Positions 10,801-21,557 are shown, numbered from the stretch's first letter. The stretch: 64,000 nt of DNA from Histomonas meleagridis 2922-C6/04-290x (GCA_020184695.1 JAANOX010000159.1:136971-200970), one strand, 5' to 3'. Program-made: numbers and translations. Notes: generated from the sequence alone by a model not told the origin.

Positions 10801-12351
10801 CAATATACATTTTCAAGGTGTACTAAATTAAAGAGTATTACATTAAGTAACTCGATAAAAGTGATTGAAGAACATGCATTTGATTCATGTAATACTTTAA
10901 GTAGTATAATATTACCTGATTCCGTTGAAGATCTTGAAGAACGTTCATTTTATAGTTGTTCATTATTAAAGAGTATTACATTAAGTAAAACATTAAAGAC
11001 AATTTCGAAATATACATTTATGAATTGTTATTCATTAGTTAACATTATACTTCCTGATTTAATTACACTCATTGATGATAGTGCATTTTACAGATGTAGC
11101 AAATTAGAAGAAATTACACTTAGTAAATCACTTGAAATTATTGGTGATTCAGTATTTTTTGAATGTATTTCATTAAAATCAATTGAATTACCAAACACAA
11201 CAAAATCATTAGGTAAATCAACTTTTACAAATTGTTTCAACTTACAACAAATAATAATTCCGAATTCAGTTAAACATTTTGGTGATTCGTCATTATTCTA
11301 TGGATGTAATAAGTTAACAAGTTTCGATGGAACTTATTTCACTGAAATCAATGAATATACATTCAAAAACATTTCATTTAGCACATTTAATTTGGGAAGT
11401 ATTCATTTAGGTAAATCAGTAATAACAATTGGCGATAGAGCATTTTCTTATTGGCGTCAATTAACAAATATAACATTTTCTGACTCAGTTAAAACAATGG
11501 GAATGTATTCATTTTCTTATTGTTCATCATTAAAATCTTTTGTTATACCAAATTCAGTTGTAACACTTGGTAAATGTTCATTTTATGGATGTTATAACTT
11601 ATTATCAATTGAAATTGGTAATTCAGTTACATCTATAGGTAATTCATCATTTTTATATTGTTCTTACTTAAAAGAAGTAACAATTGGTGAATCAGTTCAA
11701 ACAATTGAAAGTTATTCATTCCACGGCACGTCAATTGTTAATTTAACAATTCCAAACTCAGTCAAAGTCATTGAGAACAATGCATTTTCTTCATGCTTCA
11801 GCTTGAAGTATTTAGATTTAGGTAATTCGCTTGAAGAAATTGGTGAAAATGCATTTTATACTTGCGGCGTTTTTGAGTTGTTCATTCCGAATTCAGTTGT
11901 CACTATTTCACGTTATGCATTTCAATTTTCGGATCTCGTTAAGTTAACAATTTCGGGCTCTGTGAAGACAATTGATAGTTACGCATTTTTTAATTGTGCT
12001 TTCTTGGAATACGTGTTCTATAATGGTACAACAGCGCCCGAATTAGGCGTCGGAGTGTTCGATGGTGTTCACAACTTGGAAATTATTGTGCCAGATGAAT
12101 TCGTCGGTGATCACTTTGGACAATATAAAATTAAACGAATAAGCGATGTAAATAAGAAAAGCAACACAACTATGATAATTGTGGCCGTAGTGTGCGCAGT
12201 GTGCGGCGTGGCTCTGATAGCCCTTGTCGCGTTTTGCGTCTACTTGAGAAGGATGAAAACGAAAGAAGGATACAGCGCTTTGGATAGCAGATTGCAGTCC
12301 GAGGTGGAAAACTACGAAGCTATGGTAAATAACTATGAGCAGCTTAAGTAA
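7834..12351 (+). CDS. Large BspA-like TpLRR surface protein with C-terminal TM
   Basis: Dozens of LxxIxIPxSVTxIGxxAFxxC repeats, TM MIIVAVVCAVCGVALIALVAFCVYL, tail with YSAL, YEAM and YEQL motifs. Confidence 0.93.
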   Translation: MLFCCFPITIISIIKSNMGNEKCYSITSKKRITKNDFELAYYNCISIEEDIQKIEDNAFKEWETLVEVKIQSSITSIGSNAFCQCSSLKYISIPDSVTSIGDYAFCSCQSLTTIEIPANVKNIGKSAFQFCSELTDVIMKPSTITSIGSSAFNFCVLLKSIKIPNGITTLESSTFQYCTKLSDIIIPESVITIGDFVFENCDNLANVQIGESTKSIGSQAFSTCSNLKQITIPNSVTTIGTHIFSYCFNLYHIELSNSLNEITNFSFIDCFCLQSIEISDSVLFIGYKAFYGCSSLVNIKIGKSVKSIGENAFGKCEKLLTIEVSPENMNYKNHESDGVLYDININELIQFPMAKKNSFTVPNTIETIKSYSFLYSQISSIVIGNSVKTIESNAFFSCPVLEIITFGYNIETIGDYAFEYCPFLTEIVIRGTVKSIGFLAFRGCDSLIKFKVSQSNEIYSNYEDDGIIYDKNINKILYFPPRKDTITIPNSVTIINSYSFYECYCLKNIILNDNIKEIGEYSFYNCKGLTKITIPNSITEIKPFTFTSCTSLKSITLSNNLQTLSKNSFACCSELLMITLPNTIKTIEDFVFTNCTKLTGINIPNSLETIGNNVFQHCESLQIITIPNLIKSIGNYVFQDCISLAKVTIPDSVTSIGEYTFSDCKDLEDVTISDSITTIGKYAFYNCRKLKHIKIPNNIQTINDYTFYYCREITEIIIPNSVITINNNVFDSCEFLTNVTIGESVTSIGDFVFQSCLHLESITIPNSVKTIGNFAFSNNYIKSINLGNSITNIGIYAFQYCTELKSIIIPDKVTTIGYGTFYECFELTNVTLSNSLTLIHCHSFYKCEKLESITLPNTLQKIGGEAFYKTSLFIIFIPESVILIGNNAFYECTYLMSINVSTNNKYYQNYQNDGVLYDYEFKEILYYPPLKIGQYSMPETIQKIRYYSFYKSQIDELTISKSCSLIENHAFYYSRLVNIILPNLITIIKQYTFSRCTKLKSITLSNSIKVIEEHAFDSCNTLSSIILPDSVEDLEERSFYSCSLLKSITLSKTLKTISKYTFMNCYSLVNIILPDLITLIDDSAFYRCSKLEEITLSKSLEIIGDSVFFECISLKSIELPNTTKSLGKSTFTNCFNLQQIIIPNSVKHFGDSSLFYGCNKLTSFDGTYFTEINEYTFKNISFSTFNLGSIHLGKSVITIGDRAFSYWRQLTNITFSDSVKTMGMYSFSYCSSLKSFVIPNSVVTLGKCSFYGCYNLLSIEIGNSVTSIGNSSFLYCSYLKEVTIGESVQTIESYSFHGTSIVNLTIPNSVKVIENNAFSSCFSLKYLDLGNSLEEIGENAFYTCGVFELFIPNSVVTISRYAFQFSDLVKLTISGSVKTIDSYAFFNCAFLEYVFYNGTTAPELGVGVFDGVHNLEIIVPDEFVGDHFGQYKIKRISDVNKKSNTTMIIVAVVCAVCGVALIALVAFCVYLRRMKTKEGYSALDSRLQSEVENYEAMVNNYEQLK

Positions 12352-12479
12352 AATGATCAATACCAATTTGATATATTATTTCGGAAAAAATTTATAGAGA
12401 ATGAATAGCGGTGACGTTGAATTGGTTTGGATTATATTAATAATTTTTGAGTTCATCATAGATATTAATATGTTTATTA

Positions 12480-12895
12480 TGATTTTGGTAGTTGATATTG
12501 AATTACATGTTAAAATAAATAATGAGAATGAAATTTTTGATATTTAAAATTCTTGATATGAATGACTCAAAACTTATAGGGTGTTCGGTTATTTCGCGCA
12601 ATTTTTATGAATATGAGATTTTAATTAAAATTAGTGATTTTTTATTTATCACTGATGAAATAGGATCCAATTGATTTTTTTGGTGCTCTGCTTGAATACG
12701 GAACAAAAGTTGTTCATCTATAGGTCTACCATATCTATATGGTTTCTCATCAACTCTAAAATTTAATTTGACCATTCTGATCCATTTATACATTGCTGAG
12801 TCCTTTAACGCACTCTCGCCGAACTTCTTGTTTAATTTTTTTTTATTTTCTTTGTCGGGAGCCCTTTTTTAACGAGTTCTTCAATGAAGTAAAGC
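12480..12895 (-). mobile_element. Degenerate Tc1/mariner-like transposase N-terminal HTH remnant
   Basis: Stitched minus-strand reading YFIEELVKKGLPTKKIKK/LNKKFGESALKDSAMYKWIRMVK...YGRPIDEQLL...DPIS resembles the mariner HTH pattern (FGxxALxxxxVxxW...GRP). Frameshift in the T9 run at 12836-12844, stops present, no DDE seen. Confidence 0.5.
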
Positions 12896-13459
12896 TATTC
12901 CATATGCTTAACGTACAATTTTTAACATACAAAAAAATATAGTTATGGTTAAATTTCAATTTCATAATGGATAATTTCAACATCAACCATATCAGTAAAA
13001 AGCTATCTAAAAATACTTGCAATTTCATTTGGATTATGTTCTTCATCAATTCGTTTTTTGTGAAGTTCTCAATTGTCCATTGAAAGTTCATCAATATTAT
13101 CTTTGATTTCATCTGAGATATATATATATAATTATATCTTCGATGTTTTTCTTGATAAATGAATGAAACAAAATGATTCTATTTTGCTAACGATATTTAC
13201 TTCAAGAAATTATATTATAAGAAGATAATATGTTTAATGTGTAGATTTGCTAATAAGAAAGTTTGTAAATATATTGAATATTCTTAAATAGCTTAATTTA
13301 TTTCTAATTTATCAACTTCTTTTGAAATGTTTAAGTTTATATCAGAATCAGTTGATCGTATGGTGAATAATGAATACATTATTAAATTACATGTAATAAA
13401 TCAATTTTTACATCGAAATATTTTAAAAATGATTCTAAATAAAATTTTATTAAAAACAA

Positions 13460-14989
13460 TTAACTTACATATTCTTCTTCTTCAATTTCGAAGTACATTC
13501 GAAGGGTATTACAAAGCTGATGAGTTCTTTCACTTAACCCATCGCAAGCTTCTAAATTTTGCATTAATCCGCATTCTACGAAAACATTTTTTGCATCATC
13601 CAATTTCGTTACAATCAAAATTATTCCTTTTATCACATTTTTAATTATATCACAATCATCACACAGAAGTAAATCAACATAATCAGGAGCGATTCCTTCT
13701 TTTAACAAATAATCACATTGTTCAGGTGTTGCGCCTTTAATTGTAGCATTTATTAATCTCATAAAATCTATTTTATAAGCAAATGGCATTCCATTTCTCA
13801 TTTGTTCTAAACAAATACCAATAGCTTGAATGTAATCATCACTAAGTAAAAAATGTGGCATTGCTATTATCCAATTTGTTAAAATTTGCACAGTCATAAG
13901 TGTTATGCTATGCCATGTTTTTTGAGATTTAAGAAGAATTAAAAGAAAAGAAAAATGGTCATCTGAACAAAATAATCCTTGTAAAAGAAATTGAAGACGT
14001 TGAACAACTTCTTCATTAGCTTTATGTTGTTCTCTAAGAAGAATATTTGTTATTTCCAAATAAGAATCAAAGAAGCAAAGCATTGAATTCACAAATTTTG
14101 CGTCACTTTTTGCGTAAGGAGAAGATGATATTATTATATCGAAGAGTTCCAAAAGGATTTGTTGTTGAACAATAATTATAATGGCGTCATTACTATTCTT
14201 ACTCTTAATTAATATCTGAAGAATAAGGGATATATAATTTATGTTTTCTGGAATAAGATAACCATTTTCATTTTGATTTAGGAGAAATTTACAAAATGAA
14301 ACAAGTGGCTCAATTGGATAAAAAGCTGGTTCCCGAGAAAGAAGACAATACATAACAAATAGGCCATTGGTGGTTGAGCTTTTAAGATCAGTTTCAATGA
14401 TTTGTGGGATATTCGGAAATGGAATGTAATTTTGCATTTCTAAAAATTGATTATCATCAAAAATAGAAATGAGGTTACCTATTGCAAGCAAAGAGCAGGA
14501 TACAAGTTCACTCTCTGATTGTATGTGCTGTGATAAAATATTAAATATTTCAGGTCGACAAAATGTTGATGAATATTTTGAAGTGGATATATAACAAATA
14601 ATAGCAAAACATTCTACAACTTGGAGATTATAAAAATTATTGTTTTCAATGAGTAGTTCAATTATGAAGTTGACAAAATTTGTTTCGAAAATTATAGTGA
14701 GGATTTGTGGATAACCATGTGAAATTTTTTTTGTAATAGCTGGAAGTGTTTCTGATATCAATTCTACATTTGGACTTGATTGATTCATAAATAATGAAAT
14801 TTTTTCTTGTAATTTATAACATGATTTGTTAATTTTGAGTGAATCTGCATCAGATATTTCTTCGTTAGTTCCTTGACCTATTTTACCTTTAAAATGATGT
14901 AATGGTTTTAAATTTTTGTAGTTAATGTTCATTCTATTAAAAGAACGTTTAAAATTTTTCTTCTTAAGTATTTCATTAGAAAAAACCAA
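13460..14989 (-). CDS. ARM/HEAT-repeat protein (importin-alpha-like fold), function unknown
   Basis: 509-codon ORF rich in amphipathic helices (e.g. SCSLLAIGNLIS). The ORF track start is TTG, so the true ATG is probably slightly downstream. Confidence 0.55.
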   Translation of the reverse strand: MVFSNEILKKKNFKRSFNRMNINYKNLKPLHHFKGKIGQGTNEEISDADSLKINKSCYKLQEKISLFMNQSSPNVELISETLPAITKKISHGYPQILTIIFETNFVNFIIELLIENNNFYNLQVVECFAIICYISTSKYSSTFCRPEIFNILSQHIQSESELVSCSLLAIGNLISIFDDNQFLEMQNYIPFPNIPQIIETDLKSSTTNGLFVMYCLLSREPAFYPIEPLVSFCKFLLNQNENGYLIPENINYISLILQILIKSKNSNDAIIIIVQQQILLELFDIIISSSPYAKSDAKFVNSMLCFFDSYLEITNILLREQHKANEEVVQRLQFLLQGLFCSDDHFSFLLILLKSQKTWHSITLMTVQILTNWIIAMPHFLLSDDYIQAIGICLEQMRNGMPFAYKIDFMRLINATIKGATPEQCDYLLKEGIAPDYVDLLLCDDCDIIKNVIKGIILIVTKLDDAKNVFVECGLMQNLEACDGLSERTHQLCNTLRMYFEIEEEEYVS

Positions 14990-15244
14990 ATACCATCAAG
15001 CATTAAATCATTCATGAAATCTTTGTGTATAAAACTTATTTTTTTTTTAATGTGTTTTGTAAAAGATTCATATTGATATCAAAAACGCATTTATTAAAAT
15101 ATGTTTAAAACAAAGTCCTTTTCAGACATTAATATTTCTTATATGCAAAGATACCTTAAAAAATTCATTAAGATGAAATAAATTGATATCACAAAAAAAA
15201 TCGCATTCAAACAAACATAAGTCAATTTTGACGGTTTTGGTCTT

Positions 15245-15249
15245 CCTTT
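15245..15249 (+). promoter_or_regulatory. M5 motif (CCTTT) of eL31, preceded by M3-like GACGGTT
   Basis: CCTTT ends 9 nt before the ATG at 15259; GACGGTTTT lies just upstream. Confidence 0.6.
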
Positions 15250-15258
15250 TCTCTTCAA

Positions 15259-15591
15259 ATGCCTCTTTTCCACAACCAACCACAAGAACCAAAGAAGATT
15301 GAGACAACAATCCATATACAAAAGCTTGTTTATAACTCACGCCGTAAGCTCAAGGCTCAAAATGCAATTAAGCAAATCGTTAAGACAGGTCAAACATTAA
15401 TGGGAACCAAAGATGTTAAAATCGATCAAGAACTTAACAGCCGTATTTGGTACAGGAGCAGGGCAAATCCACCAGCACGTGTCCGTGTTCTTTTCGAAAG
15501 GAAGGCAGATGATAATGGCAAAATGTTCACAACTGCATCATATGTTGATGTTCCAACATTCAAAGGTCTTCAAACAGAAAAGAAGGAATAA
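15259..15591 (+). CDS. RPL31: 60S ribosomal protein eL31
   Basis: TIHIQKL...RKLKAQNAIKQI...MGTKDVKIDQELNSRIW...PPARVRV is the eL31 signature. Confidence 0.92.
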   Translation: MPLFHNQPQEPKKIETTIHIQKLVYNSRRKLKAQNAIKQIVKTGQTLMGTKDVKIDQELNSRIWYRSRANPPARVRVLFERKADDNGKMFTTASYVDVPTFKGLQTEKKE

Positions 15592-15891
15592 ACCATTTCA
15601 ATTTTGATTCTTTTTTTTAATGCAAATTAATTTCACCACAATAACTTCCATTTGGCAAACAACAAATTGAACTTAATGACGGTCAACAACAATTATTTGT
15701 AAGAAGAATTCGAAAATTTAACAAATAATTTGACGAAATTGAAAAAATTATAAAATAATTTCCAGAAATTTATTATTACTTTTTATCGATTATTAAATCA
15801 ATAACAATAATGAGATTAAAGTTTTTAATGAAAAAAGAAATTTTCATTTTCAGGGTACCCTGTTCGACGGTTTTTTACGGTTTTTGGTCGA

Positions 15892-15896
15892 CCTTT
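15892..15896 (+). promoter_or_regulatory. M5 motif (CCTTT) of uS5, with two upstream ACGGTT (M3-like) motifs
   Basis: GACGGTTTTTTACGGTTTTTGGTCGACCTTTTGTTCAATG. Confidence 0.6.
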
Positions 15897-15902
15897 TGTT
15901 CA

Positions 15903-16709
15903 ATGTCTGAAGCTCCAAAACAGCAGCAAGGCGAACAACGTCGTGGTGGAATGCGTGGCCGCCAACAGCGCGAACGCCCACAACGCAATGCCCAAAACAG
16001 AGGTGGAAAAGACAAATGGCAACCGAAGACCAAATTAGGTCGTTTAGTTGCATCTGGTCGTATCACATCTATCGAACAAATCTATCTTCACGCCATGCCA
16101 ATCAAAGAACCAGAAATTATCGATGCACTCTTAGGCGATAACTTAAAGGATGAAGTCATGAAGATTATGCCAGTTCAGAAGCAAACACGTGCAGGTCAAC
16201 GTACTCGTTTTAAGGCAGTAGTTGCAGTCGGTGACTATGATGGACATGTTGGTCTTGGTATCAAGACATCAGCAGAAGTTGCAAATGCTATCAAAGGAGC
16301 CTTAATCTATGCTAAGCTTTCTATTCTTCCAGTACGTCGTGGCTATTGGGGTAACAAAATCGGTCAACCACATACAGTTCCAAATACAGTTACAGGCAAA
16401 TGTGGTTCAGTTCGTGTAAGACTCATTCCAGCCCCACGTGGTTCAGGAATCGTTGCAGGTTCAGTTGCCAAGAAGCTCTTAGCCATGGCAGGTTTTGAAG
16501 ATCTCTTCACATCATCAATTGGTAACACTAAGACATCAGCCAACTTCCTCGTTGCTACATACAAAGCAATTGAAGCAACTTATTCATTCTTAACCCCAGA
16601 TCAATGGGAGCAGAAAGAACCAGAAGCACATCCATTTGTACAATATAGCGATATTCTTGCGAAGGACAACGAGTTCAAAGTTACAAAGGTGAACATTAAC
16701 TTGGAGTAA
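15903..16709 (+). CDS. RPS2: 40S ribosomal protein uS5 (S2)
   Basis: [11 protein letters not shown]...PIKEPEI...[16 protein letters not shown]...RRGYWG...[14 protein letters not shown] at 15903 (the ORF track starts upstream). Confidence 0.97.
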   Translation: MSEAPKQQQGEQRRGGMRGRQQRERPQRNAQNRGGKDKWQPKTKLGRLVASGRITSIEQIYLHAMPIKEPEIIDALLGDNLKDEVMKIMPVQKQTRAGQRTRFKAVVAVGDYDGHVGLGIKTSAEVANAIKGALIYAKLSILPVRRGYWGNKIGQPHTVPNTVTGKCGSVRVRLIPAPRGSGIVAGSVAKKLLAMAGFEDLFTSSIGNTKTSANFLVATYKAIEATYSFLTPDQWEQKEPEAHPFVQYSDILAKDNEFKVTKVNINLE

Positions 16710-16874
16710 ATAACTCCTTTTGCTTCCATTCTCTTATTTTTGAAACCGTTTATTTGTCACTTTTCTTTACAACAGGTGTCAAAAAAAATGTTAAACGATC
16801 CCTAAACGTACATCTATATCAATGCCAACTCACTTCTGTAATAAAAGTGTCGCAGAGCTGAACTCCTAAAGTAA

Positions 16875-19811
16875 ATGGAAATTCCTTTCGAAAAATTCTA
16901 TGAATTAGTTGGCCAAAATTTAGCTGGTTTAAATGGTCAAAACCAAAGCGAAGAAAACATTGCTTTCCTTCTTAATTTTTCTTCAAGAATTGAATTCCTT
17001 CCAATATTACGAAACTTTTTAGGAAGGTGCTTAAACTCGGATGGCCATGTCTTGTTCATTCTAAATGCGATGAAAGAAGTCATAAAAAGAAGAGGATGTG
17101 TTATGCCATCAGTTGTATTACTTGATCATTACCAATTCCTTAGAGATTTCATATTCAATTCGTCGACAGCATTTGTGCAAAGGATTCCGCTTCTAAGGAT
17201 CGCTTCGGATGCTATAGCAGTTACAATTCGACATATCTATGAACAAAGTCAAGGAAATCAGCCAGTGATCAACAACATAATCGAATTTTTCAACGGCGAT
17301 GATGAAAAACGTCTTGTTGCGCTTAACATATTAATTTCCGTTGTAGATATTTTCCAATTTCGTTTACCACATCTTTCAATTACTGATCAATTTCACATCA
17401 ACAGACTCTTCAAAGATACATACGCGGGGTATTTCTTTTCTCTTTCATGTCAATTAATGAATGGATCACTTGAAACAATTTTGGCATCACTTGAGCTCAT
17501 GAATTCTTGTCTTAAAATGTATATTCCTGAAGAAGAGAAACTTGAAAATCGTGTTTCTTATCCACCTAAATTCGAAACCTTTTATACAGAAGAATTCATG
17601 AAACGAATTTTTGAATTAATTAATGAGCAACAAACATCAAATCTTTCGTTATCACTTTTGTGTAAACTATTGATGGGTGCCAATGTTATAAATCCAGATC
17701 AAAAAATTGGTTTTTTAGAGTTTTGTATTAATAATTTAATTGGAATTTATCATCAAGAGAACATTGATCATCTTTTATTATGTAAAGTTACATATATTTT
17801 GGAAATGTTACTTAATAATAGTACAAATAATCGATTTAATTTTTTGCAATCACAATTTGCTGAACCATTTTTTAAAACTATCATTGAATATTCATTTCAT
17901 ATCTTTACGTTATGTGATCCAAATTTGACTCGATATTTGTTATTATTTTGGATAAAAGTATCGAATTGGAAAGATATTCAAGATGAATTTATCCAAAATG
18001 TATTCATTGGTTATATCCAAAGAACATTAGATTCAATAAAACAAAATCCAGGTTCTTGGATAACATTATTTCATAGTCCGAATGAACTTGATTCATTTGA
18101 GACTTCATTATGGTTAACTCATCCACGTTTTTATCAAATGTTATATGATATAATCATAGGACAAATCCAAGGTAATGTTGATAATGTATTATGTGAAGCA
18201 TTTTTAGTACGATTAGTTTCATCACATTTACTTAAACGTACTAATATTATCGAGTCAAACGTTCTCTATAATCAAGTCATCGAATTCATTCGAATTTCAA
18301 ATGCTTCAGTTCATTCATTAATTTTATCAAATGTTGAAGTTGCATTCATCTTCGAAATGGCAGTCAACGAGTTTATATATAACTTCCAAAAGACTCAATT
18401 CGCTCATGTCCGAGTTTCAAGTACAAGTTATGAAGAAACAAATGCACGAAAAGAATATGAACAAAATTGTTTGAATATATTCATCGAAAGAATGATCATT
18501 GATGTTAATGAATTTTCAAGTATTAAAGGTTGTGGTCTCTTAGTAATGAAAACATTAATGTGTATGAAAGCATTAGTCGACAAAACAGAAATTCGAGATT
18601 ATATATCGAATTTGTTGGAAAGTTTAACAAATCATCAAATTATTATCTCTTATAATGAACAAGATCCTAATGAAATCAAAAAGCCACGTTCATTATTACA
18701 ACAAATTTATATGTCATTAATTAATACACGTGAACAACTTATACAATTTTTGATTTCTTATGATCAACGATTTAATGAATTAAAAAGTAATTCAATTGAT
18801 AACCCAAAAGAAGTCTTTGAGTTATATCGAGATTTAAGAGGTGTTGTTCAAGGTGCTTATCAAGGGAAAGATAAAGTCACCAAAATATTTACTGTTTTTA
18901 ATTGGTTTTCACAAGCACATTTCGAAGACACTATAACTATCATTCAAAGACATTCGAATAACGCGTTAATAGTTAATGCTATTTGTCATTTTTGGATTTC
19001 TTTGTTCCCTGATAAATATCCAGAAAATATTATTAAGCCAACAAGTGGATTTGGTATTAATATGTTTAAATCAAGTTTAGCTATTATAGGTATAGTTATT
19101 AATAATTGTGCTAAGAATTTGGATATATTTTATATATTATTTAAGGTCATAAAATGTTGTTTATCTACAAAATATGCAAACTTCGGTGTAATGAAGTTTT
19201 ATAATGATGAATCTTTAATGCAAATGATTAATTTGTTCTTCCAAATGTTAAGTTCAATTAATTTCGACGTAATTCGAGGAATTAAAAAAATCCAAAAAAA
19301 TATTTTAAGTTCTATGGAGGCAATAAATGATTTAATTGATATAGAAATAATCCTACAAAATGAACAAATGGTGAATATTATTTCCGATCTTACATGTAAA
19401 TGTATCATGTTAAATGATAAGGAATTGTTTGACCTTTCTTTTAATGTTATTATTCCTATCGCTAGAATGAATGTTTCAATATTTAGAAAACATTTCATAG
19501 CAATATTAAATGACTTCGTTAACTCCGATGAAAAATTGAATATGAAAGCTGGTGAATTATTATTAATTTGCTTCTTAAATGAAAACGAATTTTGCATAAA
19601 AATTTTCGAGGATATTTGTAACGCGTTCGAACCAATGTTTAGAGAAAATATTAAGGAAATTTTAACAAAATTGTTCTTTGGATTCGAGATGCCAATAACT
19701 GAACAAAAGTTAAAACAATTTGAGGTAAATTTGGGCGATTTCATTAATACTATGAAGAGATATAGGATTAACTTCATAGATTATCCAATATTAACAAAGT
19801 ATTTGCAATAG
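16875..19811 (+). CDS. Exportin-7/RanBP16-like karyopherin-beta family protein
   Basis: 978 aa helical protein; LYRDLRGV and KYANFGVMKFYND resemble the exportin-7 motifs LxRDLRG and YVNFGVFxLYGD. Confidence 0.65.
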   Translation: MEIPFEKFYELVGQNLAGLNGQNQSEENIAFLLNFSSRIEFLPILRNFLGRCLNSDGHVLFILNAMKEVIKRRGCVMPSVVLLDHYQFLRDFIFNSSTAFVQRIPLLRIASDAIAVTIRHIYEQSQGNQPVINNIIEFFNGDDEKRLVALNILISVVDIFQFRLPHLSITDQFHINRLFKDTYAGYFFSLSCQLMNGSLETILASLELMNSCLKMYIPEEEKLENRVSYPPKFETFYTEEFMKRIFELINEQQTSNLSLSLLCKLLMGANVINPDQKIGFLEFCINNLIGIYHQENIDHLLLCKVTYILEMLLNNSTNNRFNFLQSQFAEPFFKTIIEYSFHIFTLCDPNLTRYLLLFWIKVSNWKDIQDEFIQNVFIGYIQRTLDSIKQNPGSWITLFHSPNELDSFETSLWLTHPRFYQMLYDIIIGQIQGNVDNVLCEAFLVRLVSSHLLKRTNIIESNVLYNQVIEFIRISNASVHSLILSNVEVAFIFEMAVNEFIYNFQKTQFAHVRVSSTSYEETNARKEYEQNCLNIFIERMIIDVNEFSSIKGCGLLVMKTLMCMKALVDKTEIRDYISNLLESLTNHQIIISYNEQDPNEIKKPRSLLQQIYMSLINTREQLIQFLISYDQRFNELKSNSIDNPKEVFELYRDLRGVVQGAYQGKDKVTKIFTVFNWFSQAHFEDTITIIQRHSNNALIVNAICHFWISLFPDKYPENIIKPTSGFGINMFKSSLAIIGIVINNCAKNLDIFYILFKVIKCCLSTKYANFGVMKFYNDESLMQMINLFFQMLSSINFDVIRGIKKIQKNILSSMEAINDLIDIEIILQNEQMVNIISDLTCKCIMLNDKELFDLSFNVIIPIARMNVSIFRKHFIAILNDFVNSDEKLNMKAGELLLICFLNENEFCIKIFEDICNAFEPMFRENIKEILTKLFFGFEMPITEQKLKQFEVNLGDFINTMKRYRINFIDYPILTKYLQ

Positions 19812-20021
19812 ATATATATTGATAATTTTGTTGATTTGTAATAAAAATAAATTTTTTTTAAAAAAAAAAATTAAAAGAAACGATTTTATAAAATTATTAA
19901 AACATCAAAAAACGATAAATTACATCAAAACTTTTTGTGATAAATTCGATCACTTTTTCGTAAAGTATTCAAAAATGTCATTATTTTCCAAAATAAAAAA
20001 ATGTTTCAAAAGAAAGAAGTT

Positions 20022-21557
20022 TTACTTTGGCATTTTGTACTCTAAGTGCATGTGATTGATTGGTTGAAGGCCTCTGCAAGCTCTAAGGATGTTTTCAATG
20101 CAAGCTCTTTGTTGGAATAATGAATTAATGACTGGTGTACCAGGTGGGACTTGTGGAGCCTTTAACAAGAACGAAAGAACTGACATAACACTGTGGAAGT
20201 GTTCAAAGTCTTTCATTGTTTCATCTTTGATGTAAATTCTTGTACATAATTCCATTAAAACAACAAGATCTAACATTAATGGTGCAGCAAGTAACGAATC
20301 TTCACATGTATTATGGCATGAAATTATATTTTCACCACCGCAAAAGATCTTTGAATCATATTCATCAAGAGCACGTTTGGAATCTCCTACGCTTTTAACA
20401 TATTTAATGACAACAATGTGGTCTGGGTGTTCTCCTGGTGCATATAAGATTGGGTTAAGTGTGACCATATCATCAATAACAGATGCTTTTGAAATTTGCT
20501 TCGACCTAAAGCAAGCTTCGAATGATAAGTTAAGTCCGTCGTTATTACCTAAATGGTTATATGAGGTAACTGCTGTAAGTTTAAGACCTGATGAAATCAA
20601 GAAATCAGATACGACTGTCTTAAACTTAGTTTGGCCAGTCTTGAAATCATCGCCCATGATAATTGCTTTCTTTTGGACAGCATATTGGATAAGACCTGGA
20701 ACAAAAGTATTTTGTGGTGATCCATTGATATATGGGAAACCTTCTTCAATGGCTGCTAACGCATATAATGTTGATGGCGAAATTTCTGGATGTCCTTCTG
20801 CGACAGCTTTAAGAAGATTTTCTGGTGTATCATGAACTCCAGGTGTGATCTCGGAATAACGTTCAGTGTTAGCAGACCAAAGGATAATAACTTGTTCAAG
20901 CTTGTTTTGCTCCTTGAAATCACGCATTTGTTGACGAAGTTGATTAAGAACTTCTTGTTTGGTGCCTTTTAAGGTATTGTTAGCACGCTCTTTTTGGTTA
21001 GGAGCAACAAATGAAAGATCAAAGGCTGCTGGAAGTGGTTTCATGGCCTTTAATTCATCTTCGATTTGATGAATAAGACCTGGTTCCATAACATGGGCAC
21101 GTTTAACAGCAGTGAGCATGTCTGCATCACTGATATCCCAACCTGAAATGACCAAATCATTAGGTGATACCATTGGAAGAAGATCTTTGAATGCAGCAAC
21201 AACTTGCTTTCCATTTTGATCATCTCCTAAGTAAGTTGTGGAACATTGAGTTAATGAACCATAATAGTTTGCTGATTGTAAGCCACGTTTTGTTTCCCAA
21301 GTTAATTTATGTCTATTTGCTAAAACGCCAGCTGTTAAAGTGGTACCATTGTTACCACCAAGACCGATAATCATGACACCAGTTTTTGGAACCTTAGTTA
21401 TTGTCTTAAATTGGAATTTCTTTGTGACTGGTTCAATAACAGCTTTACCGTCAGCTGTTGTTGTAACTTTTTGGGTTTGGTAATCATAATTAGAAATGAT
21501 TGCATCGCCTTCTTGTGATACGTTGGGTGTTTGGACTGAAAACTCAGAAGCAAGCAT
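20022..21557 (-). CDS. INO1: myo-inositol-1-phosphate synthase
   Basis: GLGGNNGTT, LWSANTERY, YINGSPQNTF, GDDFKTGQTK, SYNHLGNNDG, NTCEDSLLAAP. First ATG at 21557. Confidence 0.97.
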   Translation of the reverse strand: MLASEFSVQTPNVSQEGDAIISNYDYQTQKVTTTADGKAVIEPVTKKFQFKTITKVPKTGVMIIGLGGNNGTTLTAGVLANRHKLTWETKRGLQSANYYGSLTQCSTTYLGDDQNGKQVVAAFKDLLPMVSPNDLVISGWDISDADMLTAVKRAHVMEPGLIHQIEDELKAMKPLPAAFDLSFVAPNQKERANNTLKGTKQEVLNQLRQQMRDFKEQNKLEQVIILWSANTERYSEITPGVHDTPENLLKAVAEGHPEISPSTLYALAAIEEGFPYINGSPQNTFVPGLIQYAVQKKAIIMGDDFKTGQTKFKTVVSDFLISSGLKLTAVTSYNHLGNNDGLNLSFEACFRSKQISKASVIDDMVTLNPILYAPGEHPDHIVVIKYVKSVGDSKRALDEYDSKIFCGGENIISCHNTCEDSLLAAPLMLDLVVLMELCTRIYIKDETMKDFEHFHSVMSVLSFLLKAPQVPPGTPVINSLFQQRACIENILRACRGLQPINHMHLEYKMPK

